Counted from the first letter of the stretch, positions 47,695 through 58,900 are shown. The stretch: DNA of 64,000 nucleotides from Candidatus Spyradenecus sp. (GCA_045535075.1 JAZSKX010000007.1:64001-128000), one strand, 5' to 3'. The notes: a model not told the origin generated them from the sequence alone. Numbers and translations: made by a program.

Positions 47695-48690
47695 ATGAAG
47701 CTTTTTGTCGGCGTTGACGGCGGCGGAACGAAGACGCGCACGCTCGTTGTTTCGGAAGACGGTATTTGCCGCGGAATTGCACTCACGGGAGCTTCCAACC
47801 CGAACTCCGTCGGCGCACGCAAAGCTCACGAAAATCTGATTGAGGGTTTGCGGGCTGCCGCGAAATCTTCCGGAGGCGAACCCGTTTTCGAAGGCGCATT
47901 TTTCGGCATTTCCGGAGTCAATGATAGTCTGACGGCAAAAGATTTTCGGCGGGAACTCATCGCCGATTCGAGCGTTTGTTTTAAAAATATTGCCGTGGAA
48001 AACGATACGCGCTCGCTTTGCGCCTCCGCCTTTGGAATGAAATCCGGAATTGTCCTAATCGCGGGAACGGGATCGAAATGCTACGGAAGAACCGAAGACG
48101 GACGCGAATGGGAAACCGGCGGGTACGATTTTCATGTTTCCGACGAAGCCGGTGCATTTGATTTGGCGCGCCGCGGCCTCATCGCTGCCGTGCGTGCCGC
48201 CGACGGGCGCGGCGAAGCAACGATGCTTAAAGACATTTTCTTTAAAGAATTGCAGATTGCGGAAACCGGACAAATTTCGCAACGGCTTCATCAGGATTCA
48301 TTGAAAAATCCGGGATCGCCGATGACGAAAGACGAAATCGCGGCGCTTGCCGTTTTCGTCGGAAATGCTTATCTCGCCGGCGACGCCGTTGCCGGGAAAA
48401 TTCTCAAAAGCGCGATGTCGGATTTGGTCGATATGGTTGAAGCGGTTGCCCGAAAACTGGAAATCCCTCCGGAGCAATTGCGACTCGGAATCACCGGCGG
48501 AGTTATTTTGAACGAACCGTGTGCGACGCTTTTTGTCGACGCTATGCGAAGCCGTTTCCCGCAATGTGAAATCTTCGAGCCGTCGCTCCCGCCGGTTGTC
48601 GGTGCGGCAATTCGTGCGCTTTCGCTCGGCGGGATTGACGTTACGCCGGATTTACTCCGTACGCTTGAGGAATCTTTTAAAACCCTTTGA
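47695..48690 (+). CDS. BadF/BadG/BcrA/BcrD-family sugar (N-acetylglucosamine/muramate) kinase
   Basis: GVDGGGTKT, END, LIAGTGS, GG.....SDEAGA. Confidence 0.85.
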   Translation: MKLFVGVDGGGTKTRTLVVSEDGICRGIALTGASNPNSVGARKAHENLIEGLRAAAKSSGGEPVFEGAFFGISGVNDSLTAKDFRRELIADSSVCFKNIAVENDTRSLCASAFGMKSGIVLIAGTGSKCYGRTEDGREWETGGYDFHVSDEAGAFDLARRGLIAAVRAADGRGEATMLKDIFFKELQIAETGQISQRLHQDSLKNPGSPMTKDEIAALAVFVGNAYLAGDAVAGKILKSAMSDLVDMVEAVARKLEIPPEQLRLGITGGVILNEPCATLFVDAMRSRFPQCEIFEPSLPPVVGAAIRALSLGGIDVTPDLLRTLEESFKTL

Positions 48691-49190
48691 ACAAGCTGAT
48701 CCAGGTCCGCAGTTCTCCGATTCACGGGAACGGCGTTTTTGCTCTAAAGCCGATTCCCGCGGGAACTTGCGTAGCGGAATACCGGGGCGAAATTATTTCC
48801 CAAGCCGAGCTTGAGCGCCGGGAGAAGTTGCGCGCCGAACGAAAGGAGCAGGGCGAAAACGTGCCGGTTTATTATTTTGAAGTCGGAGACGGAATTTTTA
48901 TCGATGCGACCGAAGTTAAGGAGGAAAATCCGGCACGCTACATCAATCACGCTTGCGATGAAAATTGTGAGGCGATTTGGAATGCGCGGGAACGACGCAT
49001 GGAAATTGTTACGATTCGAGATATTAAGGTCGGTGAAGAATTGTCTTTTGACTACGGATTCGAGTTGGCGGGATTTTTTGAGCATCCGTGTCGGTGCGCG
49101 TCTAAAAATTGTTGCGGTTACATCGTCGCAAAGCCTTTACGCCCCGCGCTCATGCGTAAGCTTGCCCGCCATGCTCGAGCCGGAAAATAA
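48687..49190 (+). CDS. SET-domain protein-lysine methyltransferase with post-SET Cys motif
   Basis: SPIHGNGVFA, EYRGE, ARYINHACDENC, EELSFDYG, CRCAS.NC. Confidence 0.92.
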   Translation: MNKLIQVRSSPIHGNGVFALKPIPAGTCVAEYRGEIISQAELERREKLRAERKEQGENVPVYYFEVGDGIFIDATEVKEENPARYINHACDENCEAIWNARERRMEIVTIRDIKVGEELSFDYGFELAGFFEHPCRCASKNCCGYIVAKPLRPALMRKLARHARAGK

Positions 49191-49228
49191 AATTTAAATA
49201 CAGGCGCGAAATCGGCGCTTGTTCCCAT

Positions 49229-49264
49229 AAAAAAAGGCGTTCCCGCAGGTCAAGGGAACGCTTC
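49229..49264 (+). terminator. Hairpin derived from the motif pair after the SET gene
   Basis: A7-GGCGTTCCC-GCAGGTCAA-GGGAACGCTT; the U-tract is weak on + and strong on -. Confidence 0.55.
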
Positions 49265-49370
49265 ATCGGCGCGGGAATTAACTTGAAAATCCTCCGGAGC
49301 GAGGGGAGAATGACACCCGATGCGCGCATCTTAAATTCGCGAAAAACACAAATTCTAACACTGACACATC

Positions 49371-49838
49371 ATGAAAGCATGGGCGTTAATTCTCCCTTTT
49401 GCGTTCGTTGCCGCGACCGCGTCGGCAGAGCGCGTCGTTAAAGTATCGGACGGCGATACCATCACTGTTTTGGACGAAAACAACAAACAGATTCGCGTCC
49501 GGCTTTGGGGGATTGACGCTCCCGAGTCAAAACAGGCTTACGGAAAAGCCGCAAGACGCCGCCTCGCCGATAATATTGCGGGAAAAGATGTGCGTTTGGA
49601 CGTTCGCGGGAAAGATCGCTACGGACGTTTGCTTGCTGTTGTTTGGCTTGGCGACGAAAATGAAAATCTCTTGCAGGTTCGGGACGGCTTCGCGTGGCAC
49701 TATGTTTACTATGCCAAAAAAGCGACGGAATATGCAGAGGCGGAGAAATATGCGCGGGAACGGCGCTTGGGGCTTTGGAAAGATTCGAATCCGGTCCCGC
49801 CTTGGGAATATCGTCGCAGAAAAAGAAAATCCGATTGA
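49371..49838 (+). CDS. Secreted thermonuclease (SNase/YhcG-like)
   Basis: Signal peptide; DGDT, RLWGIDAPE, DRYGRLL, GLW...P..PWEYR. Confidence 0.92.
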   Translation: MKAWALILPFAFVAATASAERVVKVSDGDTITVLDENNKQIRVRLWGIDAPESKQAYGKAARRRLADNIAGKDVRLDVRGKDRYGRLLAVVWLGDENENLLQVRDGFAWHYVYYAKKATEYAEAEKYARERRLGLWKDSNPVPPWEYRRRKRKSD

Positions 49839-49908
49839 TTTTTACGAACGCAAAAAAAATGCATTGCGCGAGTTCCCGGAAAAATATAAATTCTTTCCCA
49901 ATATTTTT

Positions 49909-49983
49909 GCGGCTGTCGTATAACGGCTATTATGTGACCTTCCCAAGGTTGAGACGAGGGTTCGACTCCCTCTAGCCGCACCA
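49909..49983 (+). tRNA. tRNA-Gly (anticodon CCC) with encoded CCA
   Basis: GCGGCTG/TAGCCGC acceptor stem, TTCCCAA anticodon loop, GAGGG-TTCGACT-CCCTC T-arm, ACCA end. Confidence 0.93.
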
Positions 49984-49988
49984 CTTTC

Positions 49989-50032
49989 AAAAGCCCGCAA
50001 TCCCGCTCAAACAAAAGGGTTGCGGGCTTTTT
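49989..50032 (+). terminator. Terminator after tRNA-Gly
   Basis: AAAAGCCCGCAATCC...GGGTTGCGGGCTTTTT. Confidence 0.8.
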
Positions 50033-50054
50033 CGCGCTTTTGGAATTGCGCAAA

Positions 50055-50109
50055 AAAGTTGCTAAATAATGCCAAATAATGCCGTATTTTGCCAATAAAG
50101 AGCAACTTT
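50055..50109. repeat. Inverted repeat enclosing four 10-bp-phased direct repeats (att-arm-like)
   Basis: AAAGTTGCT...AGCAACTTT flanking GCTAAATAAT/GCCAAATAAT/GCCGTATTTT/GCCAATAAAG. Confidence 0.55.
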
Positions 50110-50137
50110 CTTGCAACCGCGTTTTACCGCTTAATAG

Positions 50138-50809
50138 GACATACTCAATGAGCTAACGGCAGAAATTGAAAATGGCACTATCTCAACTGCAAAGGGATTG
50201 CGCGAGCTTGCTTCTTCACTGCGGATGCAGAAAGGAGGAAGTGCCATATCTTATTATCGCATTAAAGAATGGAAACGATTTGCGCGATATGAGTCAGCTG
50301 ATAATTCAAACGTTGGACGAAACGGGGAAACTTCCTACGAGGGAGAGAATTATCAGAATGGTGGCGTTTATGGTGAACAACCCAGAATAACTTCGCTTCA
50401 ACACAACGGCGTAATTTACGGCTACTTTGACCCTGTGCGCAGGGAGTTGCACTTGAACAAGGACTTTGCGGATTTTGACACACCTATTCACGAGTGGACG
50501 CACGGTTGGTGGGCGTGGCTCAAAGGCGAAGACCCGCGAATGATTGAACGCATTGTCGAGCTGATGAAGCAGACAAAAGAGTATCAACGTTTCCGTATGG
50601 AAGCGATGACCGACAAGAAGTCTGTTTATCACGGGCTTAGCGAAGAGGAACTTGCCGAAGAGGTGTTTGCTTGCCTTACCGGAAAGCGCGGCGAGGACAT
50701 CATGGAGCAAGAGGGGCTTGCGATGTGGACGAAAGGGCAGACGCGAGAGCCATTTCAGCTTCAAGTCAATTGGTCGAAGCCGATTTTTATAAATTCGGGT
50801 AGCCTTTAG
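50138..50809 (+). pseudogene. Fragment of a large polyvalent protein with a zincin-like metallopeptidase (HExxH) domain
   Basis: Open frame with no convincing start; GVIYGYF...LHLN....DTPIHEWTH.WW and EEVFA.LTG; atypical codons; no copy of the host motif. Confidence 0.6.
50172..50390 (+). CDS. Small hypothetical protein nested in an alternative frame of the metallopeptidase fragment
   Basis: 72-aa ATG-initiated, protein-like amphipathic ORF (MALSQLQRDCASLL...NNPE). Confidence 0.45.
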   Translation: MALSQLQRDCASLLLHCGCRKEEVPYLIIALKNGNDLRDMSQLIIQTLDETGKLPTRERIIRMVAFMVNNPE

Positions 50810-51200
50810 GGGCGATAAGCCGGATTCTGTGCCGTGTGCCGCTTGCGCGGGAACACGGTCGCATTCATTTCTCTAACCGCGGAAATTTGCGTTCCCGCGA
50901 TTTCGCCTTGCGGCGATGCGACAGACCCGTGAGCATCGGACGGGCAACCCGCTCACCTATTTTGTCTTGCACCGGATTGGGTTTGTCGCGCCTCGTTCGT
51001 TGCCGTTCGAGCGGTGAGCTCTTACCTCGCCGTTTCACCCTTACCGGCGTTGCCGCCGGCGGTTTGTTTTCTGTGACACTTTCCGTCAACGCGCCTTGCG
51101 ACGCGCCGCCCTCGCTTTCACGAGGAATCCTGCCCTGCGGTGTCCGGACTTTCCTCCCGGAAACTTGCGCTTCCGAGCGAATGCGTGCACCCTAAAGACT
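50801..51200 (-). ncRNA. rnpB: RNase P RNA, bacterial type A
   Basis: Minus strand GAGGAAAGTCCGG, GGGTGAAACGGCGAGGTAAGAGC and ACAGAATCCGGCTTAT; P1 pairing AGTCTTTAGGG/CCCTAAAGGCT defines the ends. Confidence 0.95.
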
Positions 51201-51207
51201 GGGTTCA

Positions 51208-51236
51208 ATGCTCGCGCGGGAACGTTTGTTTTGCAA
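51208..51236 (-). promoter_or_regulatory. Candidate rnpB promoter
   Basis: TTGCAA-17 nt (contains GTTCCCGC)-GAGCAT, ending 7 nt before the P1 5' end. Confidence 0.55.
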
Positions 51237-51322
51237 GCCGAAAGGGAATTTTTGAGCGATTCTTCGAACTTTGATTTTGCATTTTGCGCACGAGAAACGA
51301 CAATTTAGCCAGTTCCCGTTTT

Positions 51323-53863
51323 ATGAAGTTAAATTTTAAATCGTTTTTGAGTGCCGGATTTTTTGCCTTTGCCGTCGCTTCCCTTGTTCCCGTCGGAGCT
51401 GAAGAACCCGCAGGCGGGAAATTCCTTGCGCGCGACGGCGTGTTTTTCGGCGAAATCTTCGTTGCGGACGATTGTTCGATGGACGAACTTGTTGCTGCTC
51501 AGGATTTGGCCTATTGGATCGGGAAAGTTTGCGGAATCGAAAACTTGGGCGTGCGATTGGAAAGTTTTGCGTCGACGGAAAATCCGTCCGGAATCTTTGT
51601 CGGAAAAACGCAGGCAGCACAGCGGAAAGGTATTTGTCCGGAGGCGTTCGGGCCCGAGGCGTTTGCAGTTTCTTCGATGGAAAATGCGCTTTTTCTTGTC
51701 GGCGCCAATCCTATGGCAACGCGCCATGCGGCGGCAAAATTGCTGACAAAATATTTGGGCGTGGAATTCGTGTTTCCGGGAGACGACGGTGCGGAATGGG
51801 AACCGAAAAAACAAGTGAAATTTCCCGAGGAAGACGAAGTTTATACGCGAGCGTGGACTTGGCGGAATATCGGTGTAAACGGAGAGGAAAATGCAGATTG
51901 GGCGGCACATTTGGGCTTTGGAGTTCGTCCGGTGATGTCGCATAATCTTTATACGATTTTTACGCCGGAAATTTATGAAAAACATCCGCAACTCGCGCCG
52001 AAATCTTTCGGCAAAGTTAATGCGCGGAGGCGCGGCGGATATGCGCCTCAGGCAAATTTGGCGAATCCGCTTGCGGTCAAAATTGCTCGAGATGCGGCAG
52101 AAAAATATTTTGAGGAAAACGAGGAAGCTCCGATGTTTTCCGTCGGAATCAATGATTGTCTTTCTTGGGACGAATCCGCGGAGTCGGCGCGTGCCTACGG
52201 GAACGCTCCGATGCGGTGGTTTCGAAATCTTCCGAATCGTTCCGATTACTTTTGGCGTTTTGCCGATTGCGTCGCAAAATCGCTTGCGGGAACGGCTTTC
52301 CCCGAAAAAAAAATCTCCGCAATTGCGTATCTGGACTGTCAGGACGCGCCGACGTTTCCGCTTTCCGAAAATATTTTTCCCGTCTTGTGCGCGGATCGTT
52401 CTCAGTGGGTGTTCCCGCAATTTGCCGAAGAAGACAAGGCGCTGATGCGGCGTTGGGGAAAGTCCGGCGTGGAGGCTTGGGGAATTTATGATTATTATTA
52501 CGGGAATCCGTTCTTGTTCCCGCGAATTTTTTTCAAAGCGCAAGCGGAATCGTTACGCTATGCGTACGCCAACGGCGCGCGGCTTTTTTACGCGGAAATC
52601 TTTCCGCAAGTTCCTTTTGATGCTCCGAAAATTTGGATTTTATCGCGACTTCTTGAAAATCCGGACGCGGATCCCGATGCGGAGTTAAAACGGTTTTGCG
52701 AACTTGCTTACGGGAAGGCCGCCAAGCAGATGTATGCGTTTTTCTCGCTTTGCGAAAAGAATTGGGCTGAGCAGGGCGGGCAATGCCGTTGGATTAAGGG
52801 TTGGCGAAACGAAAATTCTACGCACATTTTCAGAGTCGGCGAAAGTTGTGAGGAATGGCTTGAAAGGGCGCGCGCCTGTTTCCCGAATGCGCCGACGGAC
52901 GCGCGGGAACGGCGCATCGTCGCCCGCTTGGATTTGACGCGAATCTATTTGGAACGAGCCAAGAAATTTGCGGAGAGCTTCCGCGCGCGGGAAAAATTGG
53001 AACTTTGCTCTCAGAATTTGGATTCCGCAGAAAATCTGGCTGCGGTACTGCAGTCTACGGCTTGGAATTTTGAGAAAATTTACGACGATACCGCTTGGCT
53101 GGAAGCCTTTCCGGATGCCGGTTTTGAGCCTTGTAAAATGCGTGAAAGCGATCCGCGAGCAACCGCGTTTGTCCGCCTGACGGATGCGTTGCGGGAACGC
53201 CCGCGTTCGCCCGAACGCTTGGCGGCGGAGAAGCAGTTGACGGAAATTCTTAACCGAAAACTTCCGAAAAATGATAGCGAGATGCTACGGAAGCTCGTTC
53301 CCGCGCTTTCGGGCGCACCGATTTTCAGTGAAGATTTTGAAGCAATTAAAATTTGGGAGCACGAAACCGGGGAAACGGATTTGAAATCCTGTTTTGTCGG
53401 AATCAATTCGGACGGTTGGCGCGCGGGAAAAATAATCGCCGGTCCGGCATCGTTGCGCTTGATGACGGCTCCCGCCGAAAATCTTTTTTGCGGCGAGACC
53501 GACAAGACCGCTTTCGGAAACGCGGCGCTGAAAATCGCCGGCGCCTGCGAGACGACCGAGCTTTCACGCCGCCTTGCCGTTAAACCCGGGATGCGGCTTG
53601 CCGCTTCGGTGCAGGCGCGCGGAAAAATATCCGTCGGCGCGACTGCGGGGCTTGCGCTAGTTTGGAAAGATGCGCGCGGGAACGTCGTCGGCGAGCGGGA
53701 ATTTGTACGCCTTGCATGCGGAGAAACCGCTGATTGGGAGCGCTTCATCGTCGCGGGAACGGCACCGGAAAATGCCGCCTACGGCGAGATTTGCCTCGGT
53801 GCCGGACTTTTTGCTCCCGACGACTATGTGTGCTTTGACGAACTTGAGATTTTTGAGTTTTAG
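51323..53863 (+). CDS. Secreted DUF4838-like protein (putative carbohydrate-active enzyme)
   Basis: Signal peptide; GH20/GH67-type N-terminal domain (AAQDLAYWIGKV, EAF...LFLVG), SHNL, SVGIND, IAY, YDYYYG. Confidence 0.6.
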   Translation: MKLNFKSFLSAGFFAFAVASLVPVGAEEPAGGKFLARDGVFFGEIFVADDCSMDELVAAQDLAYWIGKVCGIENLGVRLESFASTENPSGIFVGKTQAAQRKGICPEAFGPEAFAVSSMENALFLVGANPMATRHAAAKLLTKYLGVEFVFPGDDGAEWEPKKQVKFPEEDEVYTRAWTWRNIGVNGEENADWAAHLGFGVRPVMSHNLYTIFTPEIYEKHPQLAPKSFGKVNARRRGGYAPQANLANPLAVKIARDAAEKYFEENEEAPMFSVGINDCLSWDESAESARAYGNAPMRWFRNLPNRSDYFWRFADCVAKSLAGTAFPEKKISAIAYLDCQDAPTFPLSENIFPVLCADRSQWVFPQFAEEDKALMRRWGKSGVEAWGIYDYYYGNPFLFPRIFFKAQAESLRYAYANGARLFYAEIFPQVPFDAPKIWILSRLLENPDADPDAELKRFCELAYGKAAKQMYAFFSLCEKNWAEQGGQCRWIKGWRNENSTHIFRVGESCEEWLERARACFPNAPTDARERRIVARLDLTRIYLERAKKFAESFRAREKLELCSQNLDSAENLAAVLQSTAWNFEKIYDDTAWLEAFPDAGFEPCKMRESDPRATAFVRLTDALRERPRSPERLAAEKQLTEILNRKLPKNDSEMLRKLVPALSGAPIFSEDFEAIKIWEHETGETDLKSCFVGINSDGWRAGKIIAGPASLRLMTAPAENLFCGETDKTAFGNAALKIAGACETTELSRRLAVKPGMRLAASVQARGKISVGATAGLALVWKDARGNVVGEREFVRLACGETADWERFIVAGTAPENAAYGEICLGAGLFAPDDYVCFDELEIFEF

Positions 53864-53903
53864 GATTCGTGCGAGCAATGCATTGTAGACCGTTTTCTCC
53901 GGC

Positions 53904-55733
<1,830 letters not shown>

Positions 55734-55792
55734 TCAAATATCGCGTTCCCGTGATAAATCGAATTTTGCCGCGCGGGAACGCGGGACGGAGA

Positions 55793-55985
55793 TTGACAAA
55801 GCAGGGCGGGAACGATTGAATTAGAAAAATTTATGGCAAACGCGGCTCTCCATGAAAAGAATTTCATGAACGCTTCCGGAAACGAAGCGCCCGCCATGCA
55901 GTTTTCAGCTCAAACTTTTTCAGGTTTGAGCTTTTTTATGATTTTCTCAAAACACAGCTCCGAACTAACCTTTTTTCTCATTTAG
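55793..55985 (+). promoter_or_regulatory. carB leader: TTGACA box, multi-hairpin structure, intrinsic terminator (55907-55937) and 50-codon leader ORF (55833-55985)
   Basis: AGCTCAAAC...GTTTGAGC-T6 hairpin ~60 nt upstream of the carB ATG on the same strand. Confidence 0.55.
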
Positions 55986-55996
55986 AAAGCATTACT

Positions 55997-58900
55997 ATGT
56001 CTATACGCGACGATATTAAAAAAGTCATGATCATCGGCTCCGGTCCGATTGTAATCGGGCAGGCCTGCGAATTTGACTACTCGGGAACGCAAGCGTGCAA
56101 AGCGCTCCGCGAATGCGGCTACGAAATCGTGCTCGTCAACTCGAACCCGGCAACGATTATGACGGACCCGACCGTTGCCGACGTTACTTACATCGAGCCG
56201 CTCAACGAAGAACGCCTCGAGCAAATCATCGCCAAAGAACGCCCGGACGCGCTTTTGCCGAATCTCGGCGGACAAACCGGCTTGAATCTCGCCATTGAGC
56301 TCAACAAAAAAGGAATTTTGGAGAAATACGGCGTCAAGGTTATCGGCGTAAACCTCGAAGCCATCGAGCGCGGCGAAGACCGTCTTATTTTCAAAGAAAC
56401 GATGTCGCGCATCGGCATCGACATGCCGCGCAGCGATATTGCCTACACGGTTGATGAAGCGGTGAAAATTTCCGAAAAACTCGGCTTCCCGCTCGTCGTC
56501 CGCCCGGCTTACACGATGGGCGGCGCCGGCGGCGGGCTTGTCTACAATATGGACGAGCTCAAAACCATCGTCGCGCGCGGCTTGCAGGCTTCGATGACGA
56601 GCCAATGCCTCATCGAAGAATCCATCCTCGGTTGGGAGGAACTCGAAGTCGAAGTCGTTCGCGACTCGACCGGAGCACTCATTTCCGTTTGTCTCATCGA
56701 AAACGTCGATCCCGTCGGCGTGCACACGGGCGACAGCTTCTGCACGGCACCGATGATGACCGTTCCCGCGGACGTTCAGGCGGAGCTTCAGCGGCAGGCG
56801 TGGAAAATTATCGACACGATCGGCGTTATCGGCGGCACGAACGTCCAGTTCGCGCGCAACCCGAAAGACGGGCGCATCGTCATCATCGAAATCAACCCGC
56901 GCACCTCGCGTTCGTCCGCGCTCGCGTCGAAGGCAACGGGCTTCCCGATCGCACTCATTTCGGCAAAACTTGCAAGCGGCATGACGCTTTCCGAAATCCC
57001 GTATTGGCGCGACGGCTCGCTCGACAAATACACGCCGTCGGGCGATTACGTCGTTGTCAAATTTGCGCGTTGGGCATTTGAAAAATTTAAAGGCGTTCAG
57101 GACAAGCTCGGCACGCAGATGAAGGCGGTTGGCGAAGTCATGAGCATCGGCAAAAACTACAAGGAAGCTTTCCAAAAAGCGATTCGTTCGCTCGAAAACG
57201 GGCGCATGGGCTTGGGCTTTGCGGCGGATTTTAATTCCAAAACGAAGGAAGAACTTCTCGAAATGCTGCGCGAAGCCAACAGCGAACGCCATTTCGTGAT
57301 TTACGAAGCCTTCCGCAAGGGCGCGACGATTGAGGAAATTCAGGCGAAAACGCAAATGAATCGCTGGTTCCTCGAACAGGCGAAAGAACTCGTCGAGCTC
57401 GAAGAAAAACTTTTGGAAAGCAAGGGCAGCGTTCCCGCAGACGCGCTTTTGATTCAGGCCAAAAAAGACGGTTTCGCGGACGCGTATTTGGCAAAAATCC
57501 TCGGTGTTCCCGAAAAAGAAATTCGCGAAAAACGCATCGCGCTCGGCGTGGTCGAACGCTGGGAAGCCGTTCCCGTCAGCGGTGTCGAAAACGCCTGTTA
57601 CTATTTCTCAACGTATGCGGACAGCGTTCCCGTGACGGAACTTCCCGCGAGCACGAAGAAAAAAGTTATGGTGCTCGGCGGCGGACCGAACCGCATCGGG
57701 CAAGGCATTGAGTTTGACTACTGCTGCTGCCACGCCGCGATGGCGCTGCGCCGCATGGGCTACGAAACCATCATGGTCAACTGCAACCCGGAAACGGTTT
57801 CGACCGACTACGATACGTCTGACAAACTTTATTTCGAGCCGCTCACGCTCGAAGACGTGCTCGCGATTTACGAACACGAAAAACCGGAAGGCGTGATTGT
57901 GCAGTTCGGCGGGCAAACGCCGCTCAACCTCGCGCGCAAACTCGCAGAAGCCGGCGTGAAAATTCTCGGCACGAGTATCGACACCATCGATACGGCGGAA
58001 GACCGCGATCTTTTCCGCCTGATGATGCAAAAGCTCGAAATCCCGATGCCGGAAGCGGGCATGGCGATCAACATTGAGCAGGCTCTCGAAATCGCCCACA
58101 AAGTCGGCTACCCGGTGATGATTCGTCCGTCCTTCGTGCTCGGCGGGCGCGGTATGGAAGTTGTTTACGACGACGCGGCACTCAAAGAATACGTCAGCAA
58201 GGCAATCGGCGTGACGGAAGATGCGCCGCTTCTCATCGACCGCTTCCTGCAAAACGCGCTTGAATGCGAATGCGACGCGCTTTGCGACGGGAACGACGTT
58301 TTCATTCCTTCCGTTATGGAACACATCGAGCTCGCAGGTATTCACTCCGGCGACTCGGCTTGCGTCATTCCGCCGGTGCACATTCCCGCGAAGCAATACG
58401 CGGATATCGTCGATTACACGCGCAAAATCGCACACGAGCTGAAAGTCGTCGGCTTGATGAATATGCAATACGCCATCGAAAACGGCAAAGTTTACGTTAT
58501 CGAAGCGAACCCGCGCGCCTCGCGTACGGTGCCGCTGGTTTCCAAGGTTTGCAATATTCAAATGGCAGGCGCGGCAACGGAACTCATGATGGGCAAAAAG
58601 CTTGAAGAGCTGAATTTGAAGCCCTTCGTCGCGGGAACGCACTACGGCGTGAAAGAAGCCGTTTTGCCGTTTGACAAATTCCCGGAAGTCGACCCCGTTC
58701 TCGGGCCGGAAATGCGCTCCACGGGCGAAGTGCTCGGCATCGCGCCGGACTTCGGTACCGCGTTTTTCAAGGCGCAGGAAGCCGCGGGAACGCAGCTCCC
58801 GACCGAAGGCACGGTTTTGATTACGATCGCCGAAAAGAACGAACAGGCGCTCGAACTCGGACGCGGCTTCGTCAAGCTCGGCTTCAAAATCAAAGCAACG

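Noticed and set aside
49371..49838. Thermonuclease as cargo of the tRNA-Gly islet
   Set aside because: It lies upstream of the tRNA, contains the host motif (49754) and has host-like codon usage.
50836..51195. ORFs overlapping 50836-51195 on both strands
   Set aside because: They coincide with the RNase P RNA gene and are spurious.
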